This document shows positions 1 to 9,233 of a stretch of DNA of 32,000 bases, piece by piece. Each line of letters begins with the position of its first letter. The stretch's first letter is position 1. Below the pieces are notes generated by a model, which saw only the letters and a list, made by a program, of their open reading frames with translations, was not told the DNA's origin and did not search any database. This stretch comes from Candidatus Thorarchaeota archaeon (GTDB taxonomy: Archaea > Asgardarchaeota > Thorarchaeia > Thorarchaeales > Thorarchaeaceae): positions 420,001-452,000 of the forward strand of contig SHMX01000001.1 of NCBI GenBank assembly GCA_008080745.1, read 5' to 3'. The position numbers were made by a program, and so were the translations under genes.

Positions 1-1
1 T

Positions 2-229
2 GCATCACCTCGCAAATACACCGTATTAATGCTTGTCGCACTTCTTGTGAGACTGTCACTGATGGTTCCGTTGAACATCATTATTGTACCATTATTTTTT
101 GATTGGGGAATCGAACAGATTGTACAATACACGGTCATTCTGAATGTTTTACAGAGTTTATGGGACGCCCTAGTTCCATATTTGGTCGTGTATCCAACGG
201 GACTCTATAGGCATTATGGAATGTGGTGA
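2..229 (+). CDS. 3' end of an integral membrane protein, probably an ECF-transporter S-component-like protein (5'-truncated by the window edge)
   Basis: The frame is open from position 2 (ASPRKYTVLMLVALLVRLSLMVPLNIIIVPLFF...LNVLQSLWDALVPY). Two hydrophobic helices with the 'M.PLN.II.PLF' and 'N..Q' pattern resemble S-component C-termini. Confidence 0.45.
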   Translation, partial: ASPRKYTVLMLVALLVRLSLMVPLNIIIVPLFFDWGIEQIVQYTVILNVLQSLWDALVPYLVVYPTGLYRHYGMW

Positions 230-358
230 AAACTAGGCCCTACTAACTAGTCGCGTGGTTTAGGAGGGACCCTTTTCACCTACCTCTGTTGTAGCCCAGT
301 AATCTCTATATGGAATTGGGTTAATCTACACTAGATAATCTAGTGAAGGGAATCAACA

Positions 359-1183
359 TTGAGAAGATGCGAGTTCTGTGACTCCCCCGTTCCAGCAGAC
401 GCAGTTGTCTGTCCAGTCTGTAAAGAAGAGATTGCTGAGGAAACATTAGAAAGACTACTGCCATTGCTCAAGAGGCCAGAGGAACCAGAAGTCAAGAGAA
501 TGGGAATTACTCAGCGTATGTGGGGAACTATCAGAAGACCAGCTGCAACATATCGAGATATAGGGCAACGACCTGATAGTGCTGGTCCCTTTGTTATTGT
601 TTTGCTAAACGCGCTTATCATGGGTGTTATCATGCTGTTGATGACATCAAGATTCACTACGACGGTTTCTATGTTTGATCCCGTTGTTAATGCAACAGTG
701 CCCACTCAAGTAAGTGTATTAACTGGACCCCAAGCCCTCTCATTTTGGATGGTGGGACTAGCAACGATTGTTCCAAATATTTTGATTGGGATGATATTTC
801 TTGGAATGGGAAGTGTCTTTGCACATATTGCGATTAAGATAATGGGAGGTAGTGGTACAAAGGGACAAACTCTTTCGATTGTTGGATACAGTATGATGCC
901 TGTTCTGTTAATTAGATTGATCTCTATCATTTTGATTTATTCCGCCATGCCCACTGCTCCAATAGGAACAGCACAGGCAAATGCGGAAACGCTAGTGTTG
1001 CAGATATTTAGTTCATCAATATGGTTGACCATCGATTATCTGACAACAGGTGCATTTCTATGGACTGGATTCCTCCTAATATTTGGTGTTCGCGAGGCGC
1101 ATAATACCTCCACTCAATGGGCAACAATCATATCAATAGCATGTATAATAGTGCTTGTCTGGACATTTTGGCAGATGCATTGA
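359..1183 (+). CDS. Yip1-family membrane protein with an N-terminal zinc ribbon
   Basis: TTG start after AAGGGA. N-terminal CEFC..CPVC ribbon, then the Yip1-like 'WGTIRRPAATYRDI' helix, about 5 TM segments and 'LSIVGYSMMP'. Confidence 0.75.
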   Translation: MRRCEFCDSPVPADAVVCPVCKEEIAEETLERLLPLLKRPEEPEVKRMGITQRMWGTIRRPAATYRDIGQRPDSAGPFVIVLLNALIMGVIMLLMTSRFTTTVSMFDPVVNATVPTQVSVLTGPQALSFWMVGLATIVPNILIGMIFLGMGSVFAHIAIKIMGGSGTKGQTLSIVGYSMMPVLLIRLISIILIYSAMPTAPIGTAQANAETLVLQIFSSSIWLTIDYLTTGAFLWTGFLLIFGVREAHNTSTQWATIISIACIIVLVWTFWQMH

Positions 1184-1185
1184 GA

Positions 1186-2106
1186 TTAGAATAACACACC
1201 ATATAGTGGAATGATTACAAACGCGATAAGCCCTACTAAAGCGCCAATCTTATCCAATGTGCTACCTATGAGAAGCTTCTTTTCATCACTTGGACCAAGT
1301 AAGGGAGATATTGCAGCACCAAGTACTATTGCATCTCCTAACAACAACAAAATCCACAAATCCCAACTCGCATAACCCAGCAACCAAATCAATGAATAAC
1401 AGATTACTCCAATGATGTTTAGTATTGCTTGTACTCCAGCTGCTGCACGATATCCATATACACGAGCAATAGTGCGAACATTCCGTAATGCATCTCCTTC
1501 AACATCCTCGGATCCCTTTATAGTTTCACGAGCCTGAAGAATCATGAATGCAGTTAGGAAGAACAGCCAAGATGGTACAGGAATAACCCACACGCCAACT
1601 TGTTCTGCATAAATCAAGGATCCATAGATTACCCCGAATGCAAAGGAGAAGGCAACCATGAAGTTTCCAGCAAGTCCCAATTCTTTCACTTTTGCAGCAT
1701 AAGCGTAACCCACGATGAGAAAGATAATCACAATAATAGCACCAATCATGCCATTGAGCCATGCAAAGAACACACCGAGTAAGCTAAGAACACCTACATA
1801 TGCCCAAGCTTGTTTCACAGTCATTCTCCCACTTGGTAAAGCACGATTTGGACGATTTATTTTATCAATCTCAATGTCAAAGATATCATTAACAACATTT
1901 CCTCCTGCAGCCACAAAGAAATAGGTAATATAACCATACAAAAATACTTCCCAGTTAGCGCCCAAGGATGTCCACACATTAGTAATCTGATGTGCTATGG
2001 CAATTCCTGCAAGGACTGTAAGACCACCAATGATGCAATTCTGTGGTCTGATGATGGATAAGAAAGCCTTTGGATCAGTTTTCTGCTTCTCTGTTGTTTC
2101 AGACAT
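1186..2106 (-). CDS. UbiA-family prenyltransferase, digeranylgeranylglyceryl phosphate (DGGGP) synthase
   Basis: Motifs IIRPQN, GNVVNDIFDIEIDKINRPNRALPSGR (first Asp-rich motif) and ARETIKGSEDVEGD (second motif); multi-TM protein. Confidence 0.85.
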   Translation of the reverse strand: MSETTEKQKTDPKAFLSIIRPQNCIIGGLTVLAGIAIAHQITNVWTSLGANWEVFLYGYITYFFVAAGGNVVNDIFDIEIDKINRPNRALPSGRMTVKQAWAYVGVLSLLGVFFAWLNGMIGAIIVIIFLIVGYAYAAKVKELGLAGNFMVAFSFAFGVIYGSLIYAEQVGVWVIPVPSWLFFLTAFMILQARETIKGSEDVEGDALRNVRTIARVYGYRAAAGVQAILNIIGVICYSLIWLLGYASWDLWILLLLGDAIVLGAAISPLLGPSDEKKLLIGSTLDKIGALVGLIAFVIIPLYGVLF

Positions 2107-2215
2107 CTAATTCTCCTCTAACCACTGGAAACGGTATGGCAGATAAAAGACTTTTCAAAAGAAAAAACCAAGTTCTCAACCCAATCACTCATATGTTTGA
2201 TACGAACCTCTACTT

Positions 2216-2734
2216 GTGGGGAAAATGAATTTCGAAGACCTAAGTAAGGAAGAATTGCTGAAGATTGTTGATGCGTATGCAAAGGCATGGCAAGCAATGG
2301 ATGGTGCGTACTTTCTAGCCCTTGAGAAAAAGTACGGAATGGATGTTGCTATTGAGATGGATAAGGAAGCTTGGCGTATTTTCTCACCTATCGAAGCAAA
2401 ACGAATAATGCGAGAGTTCGATGTGGAGAAAAATGGAGGACTTGATGCACTTGAAAAAGCACTGGGATACAGAGTCTACGCTCGTTTGAATACTCAATCA
2501 TGTACCAGAGAAGATGACAAGTCACTGATTTTCAAGATGCATGCGTGTCGAGTACAGGTTGCTAGAAATAGAAAGGGCCTACCAGATTTCCCATGTAAAC
2601 AGGTAGGAATAATTGAATACGAAGAGTTTGCAAAGACTATCGATCCACGGATAAAGACGCGATGTATCAGTTGTCCACCAGATCCTCATCCAGATGAGTA
2701 CTATTGTGCTTGGGAATTCACTCTGGAGGAATGA
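2216..2734 (+). CDS. DUF6125 / ATC-hydrolase-like Cys-rich protein (V4R-related fold)
   Basis: W.AMDGAYF..LEKKYG, IEAKRI, CRVQ.AR.RKGL.DFPCK.VG..EY..FA..ID and C..CPPD.HP...YC.WEF. The start may be ATG 2225. Confidence 0.7.
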   Translation: MGKMNFEDLSKEELLKIVDAYAKAWQAMDGAYFLALEKKYGMDVAIEMDKEAWRIFSPIEAKRIMREFDVEKNGGLDALEKALGYRVYARLNTQSCTREDDKSLIFKMHACRVQVARNRKGLPDFPCKQVGIIEYEEFAKTIDPRIKTRCISCPPDPHPDEYYCAWEFTLEE

Positions 2735-3585
2735 ATAATCTGGGAACTCTGAAATTTGGTCCAGCAGGATATCCTGCAGAAGCAAAAGGGAACTTAGAAA
2801 GAGTATTCCAAATTCTATCGGAGGCTGATTTAGACGCTCTTGAATATGCTGCAGTGTATGGACTAAGAATGAGCGAGGAAAAGGCTATCTCAATCGGTAA
2901 AGCTGCAAAGAAGACCAACATAACAATGAGTATGCATGCACCCTATTACATCAGTCTAGCTTCAAAACGTGAAGATGTGAGAGAACGGTCTCGAGAGAGG
3001 TTGATCAAGGCTCTGAAATTTGCGCCACTGATGGGAGTCAAACGAATTGTCTTTCATGCAGGAGGATACAGTGGAAGAAGCCCAATTGAAGCTTATAGAT
3101 TAATTCTTGATAGTTTACAAGAAGTATGGAATACAGCAGGACACCACGGAAATGGAGCATTTCTTGCTCCTGAGATTGCTGGAAAGCTAAAAGCATTCGG
3201 ATCCGTTGAAGAGATAATCAGAATATGTGAAGATGTAGAAGGATGTATTCCTACAATTGATTGGGCCCATATGTATGCCAGAAGGCAAGGAGAGATAGAG
3301 GGAAAAGAAGATTATGCCAAGATATTAGGCATATTTGAGGATAGATTGGGCGAAAAGTTCACCAAAAACATGCACTTCCATGCAAGCGGAATAATCTATA
3401 CAAAAGCCGGAGAGAAAGCGCATAGACCATTGGATGGAAAATGGGGACCAGATCTTCTTCCGTTAGCAGAGATAATCAGAGAGGGTGGTTATAAGCCCAC
3501 CTTCATATCTGAAACTCCTGATTCACTAAGGGGTGCTCTGTACATCAAGTATCTATTCGAAGAATTGGAGAAAGCAAAGCAATGA
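2731..3585 (+). CDS. nfo: Archaeal endonuclease IV (AP endonuclease family 2 TIM barrel)
   Basis: Metal-ligand motifs HAPYYISL, VFHAG, PEIAGK..AFGS, IDWAHMYAR, HFHASGI, EKAH, ISETP. Start moved to ATG 2731, which forms an ATGA overlap with the upstream stop. Confidence 0.82.
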   Translation: MNNLGTLKFGPAGYPAEAKGNLERVFQILSEADLDALEYAAVYGLRMSEEKAISIGKAAKKTNITMSMHAPYYISLASKREDVRERSRERLIKALKFAPLMGVKRIVFHAGGYSGRSPIEAYRLILDSLQEVWNTAGHHGNGAFLAPEIAGKLKAFGSVEEIIRICEDVEGCIPTIDWAHMYARRQGEIEGKEDYAKILGIFEDRLGEKFTKNMHFHASGIIYTKAGEKAHRPLDGKWGPDLLPLAEIIREGGYKPTFISETPDSLRGALYIKYLFEELEKAKQ

Positions 3586-4925
3586 CAGACTACACGTTCA
3601 TACTTGGAAAAAATTGGTTATTATCCCTAGCAGAGTTGATTCTCTATCTACAAGATAGAGACTTGATTGTACGAGTGAAGGATCATTCTCGGAATGCAGC
3701 AATTGTGGAGATGAAAGAAAGACTCGATTTGGAACAAATTGTTGAGATTCAAAGTGCTCTTGGTGGTAGTTTTAAACTGGGAGAGGTGATTACCAGCTTC
3801 GATAAAGAGCTAGTAAAGGATGCTTTTCCAAGAAGGGGAAAACCTGACAAGACTGCTAGGAAAAAACTACAGGGGTGCGAATGGACAGAGAAGATATGGA
3901 AAGGAAGAAAATACAACAAGGTTAGATTTGGTGTAAGTTCATATCCAATGATTGATAGAAGACCAGAGGTTGATCTTAAACGATTCACCTATGGACTGAA
4001 CCAATGGATAAAGAGTAAACTTCTCTCTGAGGGTGTGAGGAAAGCATCATTTTTCATCTATGAAGAACCAGATAGACGGGATAAGAGAAGAGCAAGTGTA
4101 GCGCTATGGCCTCATACAATAGCAAGACATGGCCTTCTTGTTCCACCAAATGCAGAGATTTTGGCAACGTTCACCGATTCAAAATTATATCTATCCAAAA
4201 CCATTGTAGTCTACGACTCGCAATTACAAAAGTATAGAGATGAATCAAGACCATACATTTCAGCGGAAATCAGCACAAGTCCAAAGATATGTCGCACGCT
4301 CCTCAATTTTGCTGGTGCTCGACCAGGTGAAACCGTACTCGATCCATTCTGTGGAACAGGTACGCTCCTAATGGAAGCAATAATGCTTGGAATAAGAGCT
4401 ATTGGTATAGATGTCGATCCTGATGTTTTACAGGGAGCCCATCAGAATATCATGTGGCTAAGTCGAGACCTTGGAGAACACGTTGATTTTGAATTGATTA
4501 GGGGTGATTCAAGAGAGGTTGCCGAAATTCTTAGTGAATCTGTAGATGCAATTGCTTTCGAACCCCATCTCGGACCAGTTTTGGAGGAAAAACCAGATAC
4601 CAAGACGGCTGAAGGAATAATTGAGGATCTTACGGAACTATACAATACAGTCCTTCGTGGGCTTTCAAAGGTATTGAAACCCGGAGGTCGAATAGGGATG
4701 ACATTACCTGTACTCATAAGCAAACAAGAGACACATGCCATCGATTTATCTCGAATTTTGATGGGGACAGATTTTGAAGTCGGCCTTCTTCTTCCGGACT
4801 CGATAATCGATAAATCTCTTGCAACAGATAATAGAATAACAATCAGCCCCAATCGAGACAGACTTCCTGAAAGAAAGATGGGACAGCAAGTTCAACGCGA
4901 ACTCATTATGCTAATCAAAGCCTGA
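3582..4925 (+). CDS. Trm11/UPF0020-family SAM-dependent RNA methyltransferase (putative tRNA m2G10)
   Basis: TSPKICRTLLN, VLDPFCGTGTLL.EA (motif I), GIDVD, IAFEPHLGP (motif IV). ATGA overlap with the nfo stop. Confidence 0.75.
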   Translation: MTDYTFILGKNWLLSLAELILYLQDRDLIVRVKDHSRNAAIVEMKERLDLEQIVEIQSALGGSFKLGEVITSFDKELVKDAFPRRGKPDKTARKKLQGCEWTEKIWKGRKYNKVRFGVSSYPMIDRRPEVDLKRFTYGLNQWIKSKLLSEGVRKASFFIYEEPDRRDKRRASVALWPHTIARHGLLVPPNAEILATFTDSKLYLSKTIVVYDSQLQKYRDESRPYISAEISTSPKICRTLLNFAGARPGETVLDPFCGTGTLLMEAIMLGIRAIGIDVDPDVLQGAHQNIMWLSRDLGEHVDFELIRGDSREVAEILSESVDAIAFEPHLGPVLEEKPDTKTAEGIIEDLTELYNTVLRGLSKVLKPGGRIGMTLPVLISKQETHAIDLSRILMGTDFEVGLLLPDSIIDKSLATDNRITISPNRDRLPERKMGQQVQRELIMLIKA

Positions 4926-4954
4926 ATAAAAAGTGGGAATTATCAAGAAATTGC

Positions 4955-5788
4955 TTAGAAAAGATAGCGAACCACATCATCTAGAATTGCATAGGTTTGT
5001 AACCGGTCGATATCCCGTTTTACATAGGGCATAGCATACTCAAATAACATCTCGCGGTAAGTGGTCTTGTCAACGTTGCTTCGAATCACATCTGCTAAAA
5101 CTTTGAGTAAATCTTCCAATCCATTTCTTAGATGACGGTATGAAACATTGTAGACATCAACAGAAAGTATCTCAATACCAGTATTATCTATAGGTACAGT
5201 CTGGAGGAACTGGTAAGATTCAAGGATTGGTTCTAGTCTGTTCTGAACTTTCGACATAATCTTCTTTCGAGTTCCTTTATCTACATCAATACGTAAAAGA
5301 GCTCGAATAAGATGACTATACACCTCAAGACAGTCCATGGACTTTCCGGCTACTAAGCATTCGTCCGTTTCTTCATATTGTGATACAAGCTCGTCTACAA
5401 ATTCGGCAAAGTCATTGAAAGTGGTCGATACACCCGGCCAATGATTCAGCATAGTTTCAACGGTTTCAGTTTTTGGAACTACTTTTCTCATAAATTCATT
5501 CATCGCAAAATCCAAAATGAATCGCATATGGGGGAGTCTTGCCCTTTTTGAAACCACCATGACAAACAATAGGTGTTCATTAGCAGACCATACATAGCGA
5601 CTTGTTTCTGTGTCTATTGTCTTGAGGGTTTCGTTAGATGCCTTGTCAATAAATGTGTGAGTTGCTGAGAGAAAGGGTGCTATTAGGTCCATATCAATTT
5701 CAATTTCAGTGTACGCTCGTGCGATAAGATTTCTACCAGTAGTTTTCTCTATCAACCAGACGCCTTGGATAGAGCGTTTATTGGACAT
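4955..5788 (-). CDS. Longin-like domain protein with an unknown helical C-terminal domain
   Basis: N-terminal GVWLIEKTTGRNLI...DMDLIAPFLSATHTF...LKTID...LLFVMVVS follows the longin beta-beta-alpha-beta-beta-beta-alpha pattern typical of Asgard longins. SD GAGGTG upstream. Confidence 0.6.
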   Translation of the reverse strand: MSNKRSIQGVWLIEKTTGRNLIARAYTEIEIDMDLIAPFLSATHTFIDKASNETLKTIDTETSRYVWSANEHLLFVMVVSKRARLPHMRFILDFAMNEFMRKVVPKTETVETMLNHWPGVSTTFNDFAEFVDELVSQYEETDECLVAGKSMDCLEVYSHLIRALLRIDVDKGTRKKIMSKVQNRLEPILESYQFLQTVPIDNTGIEILSVDVYNVSYRHLRNGLEDLLKVLADVIRSNVDKTTYREMLFEYAMPYVKRDIDRLQTYAILDDVVRYLF

Positions 5789-5869
5789 TTACACCTCAGA
5801 CTCCATTTTGAAATTCACTTGGAAGATAATAAGCATATCTTGCGTAATTACAAGTAATATTTCATGTTC

Positions 5870-5910
5870 AAATAGAACAAAGAGGTGAGGACATAAAATC
5901 CCTCACCTTT
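5870..5910 (-). terminator. Putative intrinsic terminator downstream of tfb
   Basis: Minus strand reads AGGTGAGG-GATTTTATGT-CCTCACCT (perfect 8-bp stem, 5883-5908) followed by CTTTGTTCTATTT, starting about 25 nt after the tfb stop. Confidence 0.55.
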
Positions 5911-5932
5911 CTGCACATGATTTGTACTCCAT

Positions 5933-6895
5933 TTACGTAGTGCTGATGTTAAGCTTAGCCACCATCTCTTTGTACCTATTCCGCACTGTAACTTCGGTCA
6001 CTCTAGCGGTCTTAGCTATCTCTAGCTGAGTTCGTCGAGAACCAGTCAAAATGCTGGCAACATAGATAGCAGCGGCAGCCATACCTTTTGGATCTTTACC
6101 AATTGTAAGGCGTTCAGCTTTCGCTAATTCAAGAATATCAATTGCTTTCTTTTTCGCCTTTCCAGGGAGATCCAGTTCGGTACCAAATCTATGCACAAAA
6201 TCAATTGGATTTGAATGAGGAATCTTAAGATTGAGATGTCTCAAAATAAGCCTCACACACAGACTCAATTCTTTTCGTGTGATATGTATTTGGTCACAAA
6301 CCTCCTCCAGGGGTCGGGGAACTTTATGCACTCTACATGCAAGATATAGAGATGCAGCAATCATACCAAGGATAGTTCGTCCACGAGTTAATCGTTTACG
6401 TAGGGCTTTCCTGTATAGCACAGCGGATGTCTCACGAATCGAGTATGGGATACTCAACTGCGAAGATATTCGATGGAGCTCTGTCATCGCAACTGCGAGG
6501 TTGCGTTTGTCAGAAGAGTGCACTTTGGTGCGTATCTGCCATTTCCGTAGCCTATGAATTTGTGCACGCCTTGTTGAAGACAACTTTCTTCCCGATGCGT
6601 CAACATTCTGTCTTCCAATGATAGTAGTGAGTCCTTGGTCGAATTTACTCCAGTCAGCTGGACCTCCTACACGCTGGCGAGATTTCTTCTCATCAGCAGT
6701 AAAGGCTCTCCACTCAGGACCCATATCAATCGAGTGGTCAGAAAGAACTAATCCGCATTGGGAACAGGTGACTTCACCTCGGGTGCTGTCAATATGGACA
6801 TCAGTAGAACTACAGGCTGAACAGACATAAGCCGCAGCGCTTGTGCGCTCATTGGTTTTCTTTGTTTTCGATTGTCTGCTGGCCAGTCCAATCAT
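5933..6895 (-). CDS. tfb: Transcription initiation factor IIB (TFB)
   Basis: Zn ribbon CSAC...CSQC, B-reader GPEWRAF, two cyclin repeats, GKDPKGMAAAAIY, and C-terminal TQLEIAK.ARVTEVTVRNRYKEM. ATG 6895 chosen; the exact start is uncertain. Confidence 0.96.
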   Translation of the reverse strand: MIGLASRQSKTKKTNERTSAAAYVCSACSSTDVHIDSTRGEVTCSQCGLVLSDHSIDMGPEWRAFTADEKKSRQRVGGPADWSKFDQGLTTIIGRQNVDASGRKLSSTRRAQIHRLRKWQIRTKVHSSDKRNLAVAMTELHRISSQLSIPYSIRETSAVLYRKALRKRLTRGRTILGMIAASLYLACRVHKVPRPLEEVCDQIHITRKELSLCVRLILRHLNLKIPHSNPIDFVHRFGTELDLPGKAKKKAIDILELAKAERLTIGKDPKGMAAAAIYVASILTGSRRTQLEIAKTARVTEVTVRNRYKEMVAKLNISTT

Positions 6896-7294
6896 CTCCC
6901 TCAGCCACAACGGGGGGATTTGTAGCTGTTCTCAGAGCATTCATGTTCCTTTGGCGTGTTCTCCTTGGCGTAAGGGAACACAGTGTGTACGCGGGGTTTT
7001 TGGGGAACCGTTCTCGTAAAGAGAATCACGTTACGGAACACAGAAAACATAAATAAGCGTTTGCACGATTTTTATTAATATTATTATAATTGTTTTAAAA
7101 ATATTAGAAAGGTATGTGATTGTTTATGCTGTTAAGAAAAACAGTCATTTCTAAGATTAATTATTTTTTGTAACAAACCATCTTATTTTTCAAGTTTCTT
7201 TCGGAATGTAACTTTGATGGAATGGCATTCCCACAACACTTTTTCTCCATCCATGCCGCTTCATTTATCTGTAATGTGAAGGCCAAGAATATAG

Positions 7295-9217
7295 GTGAGT
7301 GTATTGATGCGAGGAACCAGCTCAAATCCATGGAAATCAGTTATTGATTTTATCGTCGAGATAATAGCAGAGAAGACAGAATTGGATAGGATGCAAATTA
7401 TAGAGAGTCTTGAGGTTCCACCAGATCCAAATTTAGGAGATTTAGCAACAACAGTATCGTTTCAACTTGCAAAAATTGAGAAGAAAAATCCTGCACTTAT
7501 TGCCAACAAGATAGTTGAATACCTTGAGCAAGCAGCCGAGAAAGAGGGATTCATCGAGCGAATTGAATCAAAAGGGCCTTACATCAATATTTTTCTCAAT
7601 AGGGGCGCTTTAGCAAAATTCGTAATCAGTTGTGTTTCTGAACTTGATACGGATTACGGTAAGTCCGACTCGTATAAAGGGCTTCGTGCGCTATTGGAAT
7701 ATCCAGCTGTTAACCCTTCAAAACCATGGCATATTGGTCATACTAGAAATGCTGTCATCGGAGATACTCTTGGAAATATTCTTGAACATGTAGGGTATGA
7801 TGTCATTAGACTTGATTACATCAATGATTTGGGTTTGCAAATAGCTCAGATTACTTGGAAACTTATGATGGATGGAGAGCCAGAAAATATCGAGGAGAAG
7901 TATGATCATTTTTTGGGGAAAATCTACGTCGAAGTTCAAGAGGCATTTGAAAAATTTGAGTCAATAGAAAAGGAGATTCGTGAAGTATCTAGAAAACTGG
8001 AGGATCTCTCTAGTTCTGAATCTAAGCACAGTCTCAAAATGGTAACAAAATGTGTCAAAGCGCAGTACCAAACAGCATATAGATTGGGGATATATCACGA
8101 TTACCAAGTCTGGGAAAGTGCCATTGCTCATAGTGGACTATTAGAGATTGCAAGAGAAAAAATGATGGAATGTGAAAATGTAGTAAAGCTGGAAGAAGGC
8201 GAAAAGGCTGGATGCATCGTTGCTAAACTCGATTCAATCGATGATTTCAAAGATATGAAAGACCCGAATAAAGTCCTGTTCAGATCGGATGGTACAAGAA
8301 CCTATACTGGTGCAGATATTGCCCTTCAAATGTGGAAATTTGGAATCTATCCAGACCCATTTTTCTATCAGATCTTTGAGAAACAACCCAATGGAGAAGA
8401 AATTTTACGGACTGCCTTGGAAGGAAAAAAGAATGGGATTGGAAAAGTAGATCTAGTATTCAATGTGATTGGCACAGCTCAAGCCCACCCACAAAAACTT
8501 GTTTACTCGATTCTGGACTTGTTGGGTTATGAGGAGGAGAGCCAAAACTCCCACCACATAGCATATGAATTTGTAGGCTTAGAGGAAACAGATTTCTCAG
8601 GGAGAAAAGGAACTTGGATAGGATATACATGTGACGAAGTTCTTGACAAAGCGAAAGAACTAGCATATGAAGAAGTGGCAAAAAGAAATCCCGATTGGGG
8701 AGAAGAGCAGAATGACCAAGTTGCAGAACAAGTTGCAGTAGGTGCGCTAAGATATTTCATGCTTAATGCATCTCCAGACAGAAAAATAACCTTCAGATGG
8801 GAGGACGCACTCGACTTTAATGGGGATGCAGCACCATACTTGCAGTATTCCTATGCAAGAGCTACAAGAATCTTAGAGAAGATAGATGCTCAAGAAAATC
8901 AAGAGGGAAACCTATCCCTACTTTCAGCACCTCAGGAATTTGAACTTGTAAAGGCAATAGCAAAACTACCAGAAGAGATACTGGAGGTCGCTAGAGGAAT
9001 GCGCAAGAATGTTTGGGGTACTGGGTTTAGCTCGAATAGGATTACCAGTTATAGCTATAATCTTGCAACTCTTTTCAGTAGGTTTTATGATTCATGCCCG
9101 GTTCTGAAAGCAGAGCCAGGTCTGATGGCAGCACGTCTCGAACTCGTCAAATCCTTTAGGACAACAATATCGAACTGTCTGAGTTTGCTGGGAATTCCAG
9201 TCATAGAGAGAATGTAG
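7295..9217 (+). CDS. argS: Arginine--tRNA ligase
   Basis: N-terminal GDLAT..F domain, HIGH motif PWHIGH, FSGRKG, anticodon-binding APYLQYSYARA and terminal ERM. Confidence 0.95.
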   Translation: MSVLMRGTSSNPWKSVIDFIVEIIAEKTELDRMQIIESLEVPPDPNLGDLATTVSFQLAKIEKKNPALIANKIVEYLEQAAEKEGFIERIESKGPYINIFLNRGALAKFVISCVSELDTDYGKSDSYKGLRALLEYPAVNPSKPWHIGHTRNAVIGDTLGNILEHVGYDVIRLDYINDLGLQIAQITWKLMMDGEPENIEEKYDHFLGKIYVEVQEAFEKFESIEKEIREVSRKLEDLSSSESKHSLKMVTKCVKAQYQTAYRLGIYHDYQVWESAIAHSGLLEIAREKMMECENVVKLEEGEKAGCIVAKLDSIDDFKDMKDPNKVLFRSDGTRTYTGADIALQMWKFGIYPDPFFYQIFEKQPNGEEILRTALEGKKNGIGKVDLVFNVIGTAQAHPQKLVYSILDLLGYEEESQNSHHIAYEFVGLEETDFSGRKGTWIGYTCDEVLDKAKELAYEEVAKRNPDWGEEQNDQVAEQVAVGALRYFMLNASPDRKITFRWEDALDFNGDAAPYLQYSYARATRILEKIDAQENQEGNLSLLSAPQEFELVKAIAKLPEEILEVARGMRKNVWGTGFSSNRITSYSYNLATLFSRFYDSCPVLKAEPGLMAARLELVKSFRTTISNCLSLLGIPVIERM

Positions 9218-9233
9218 ATACGATTGATAACCG

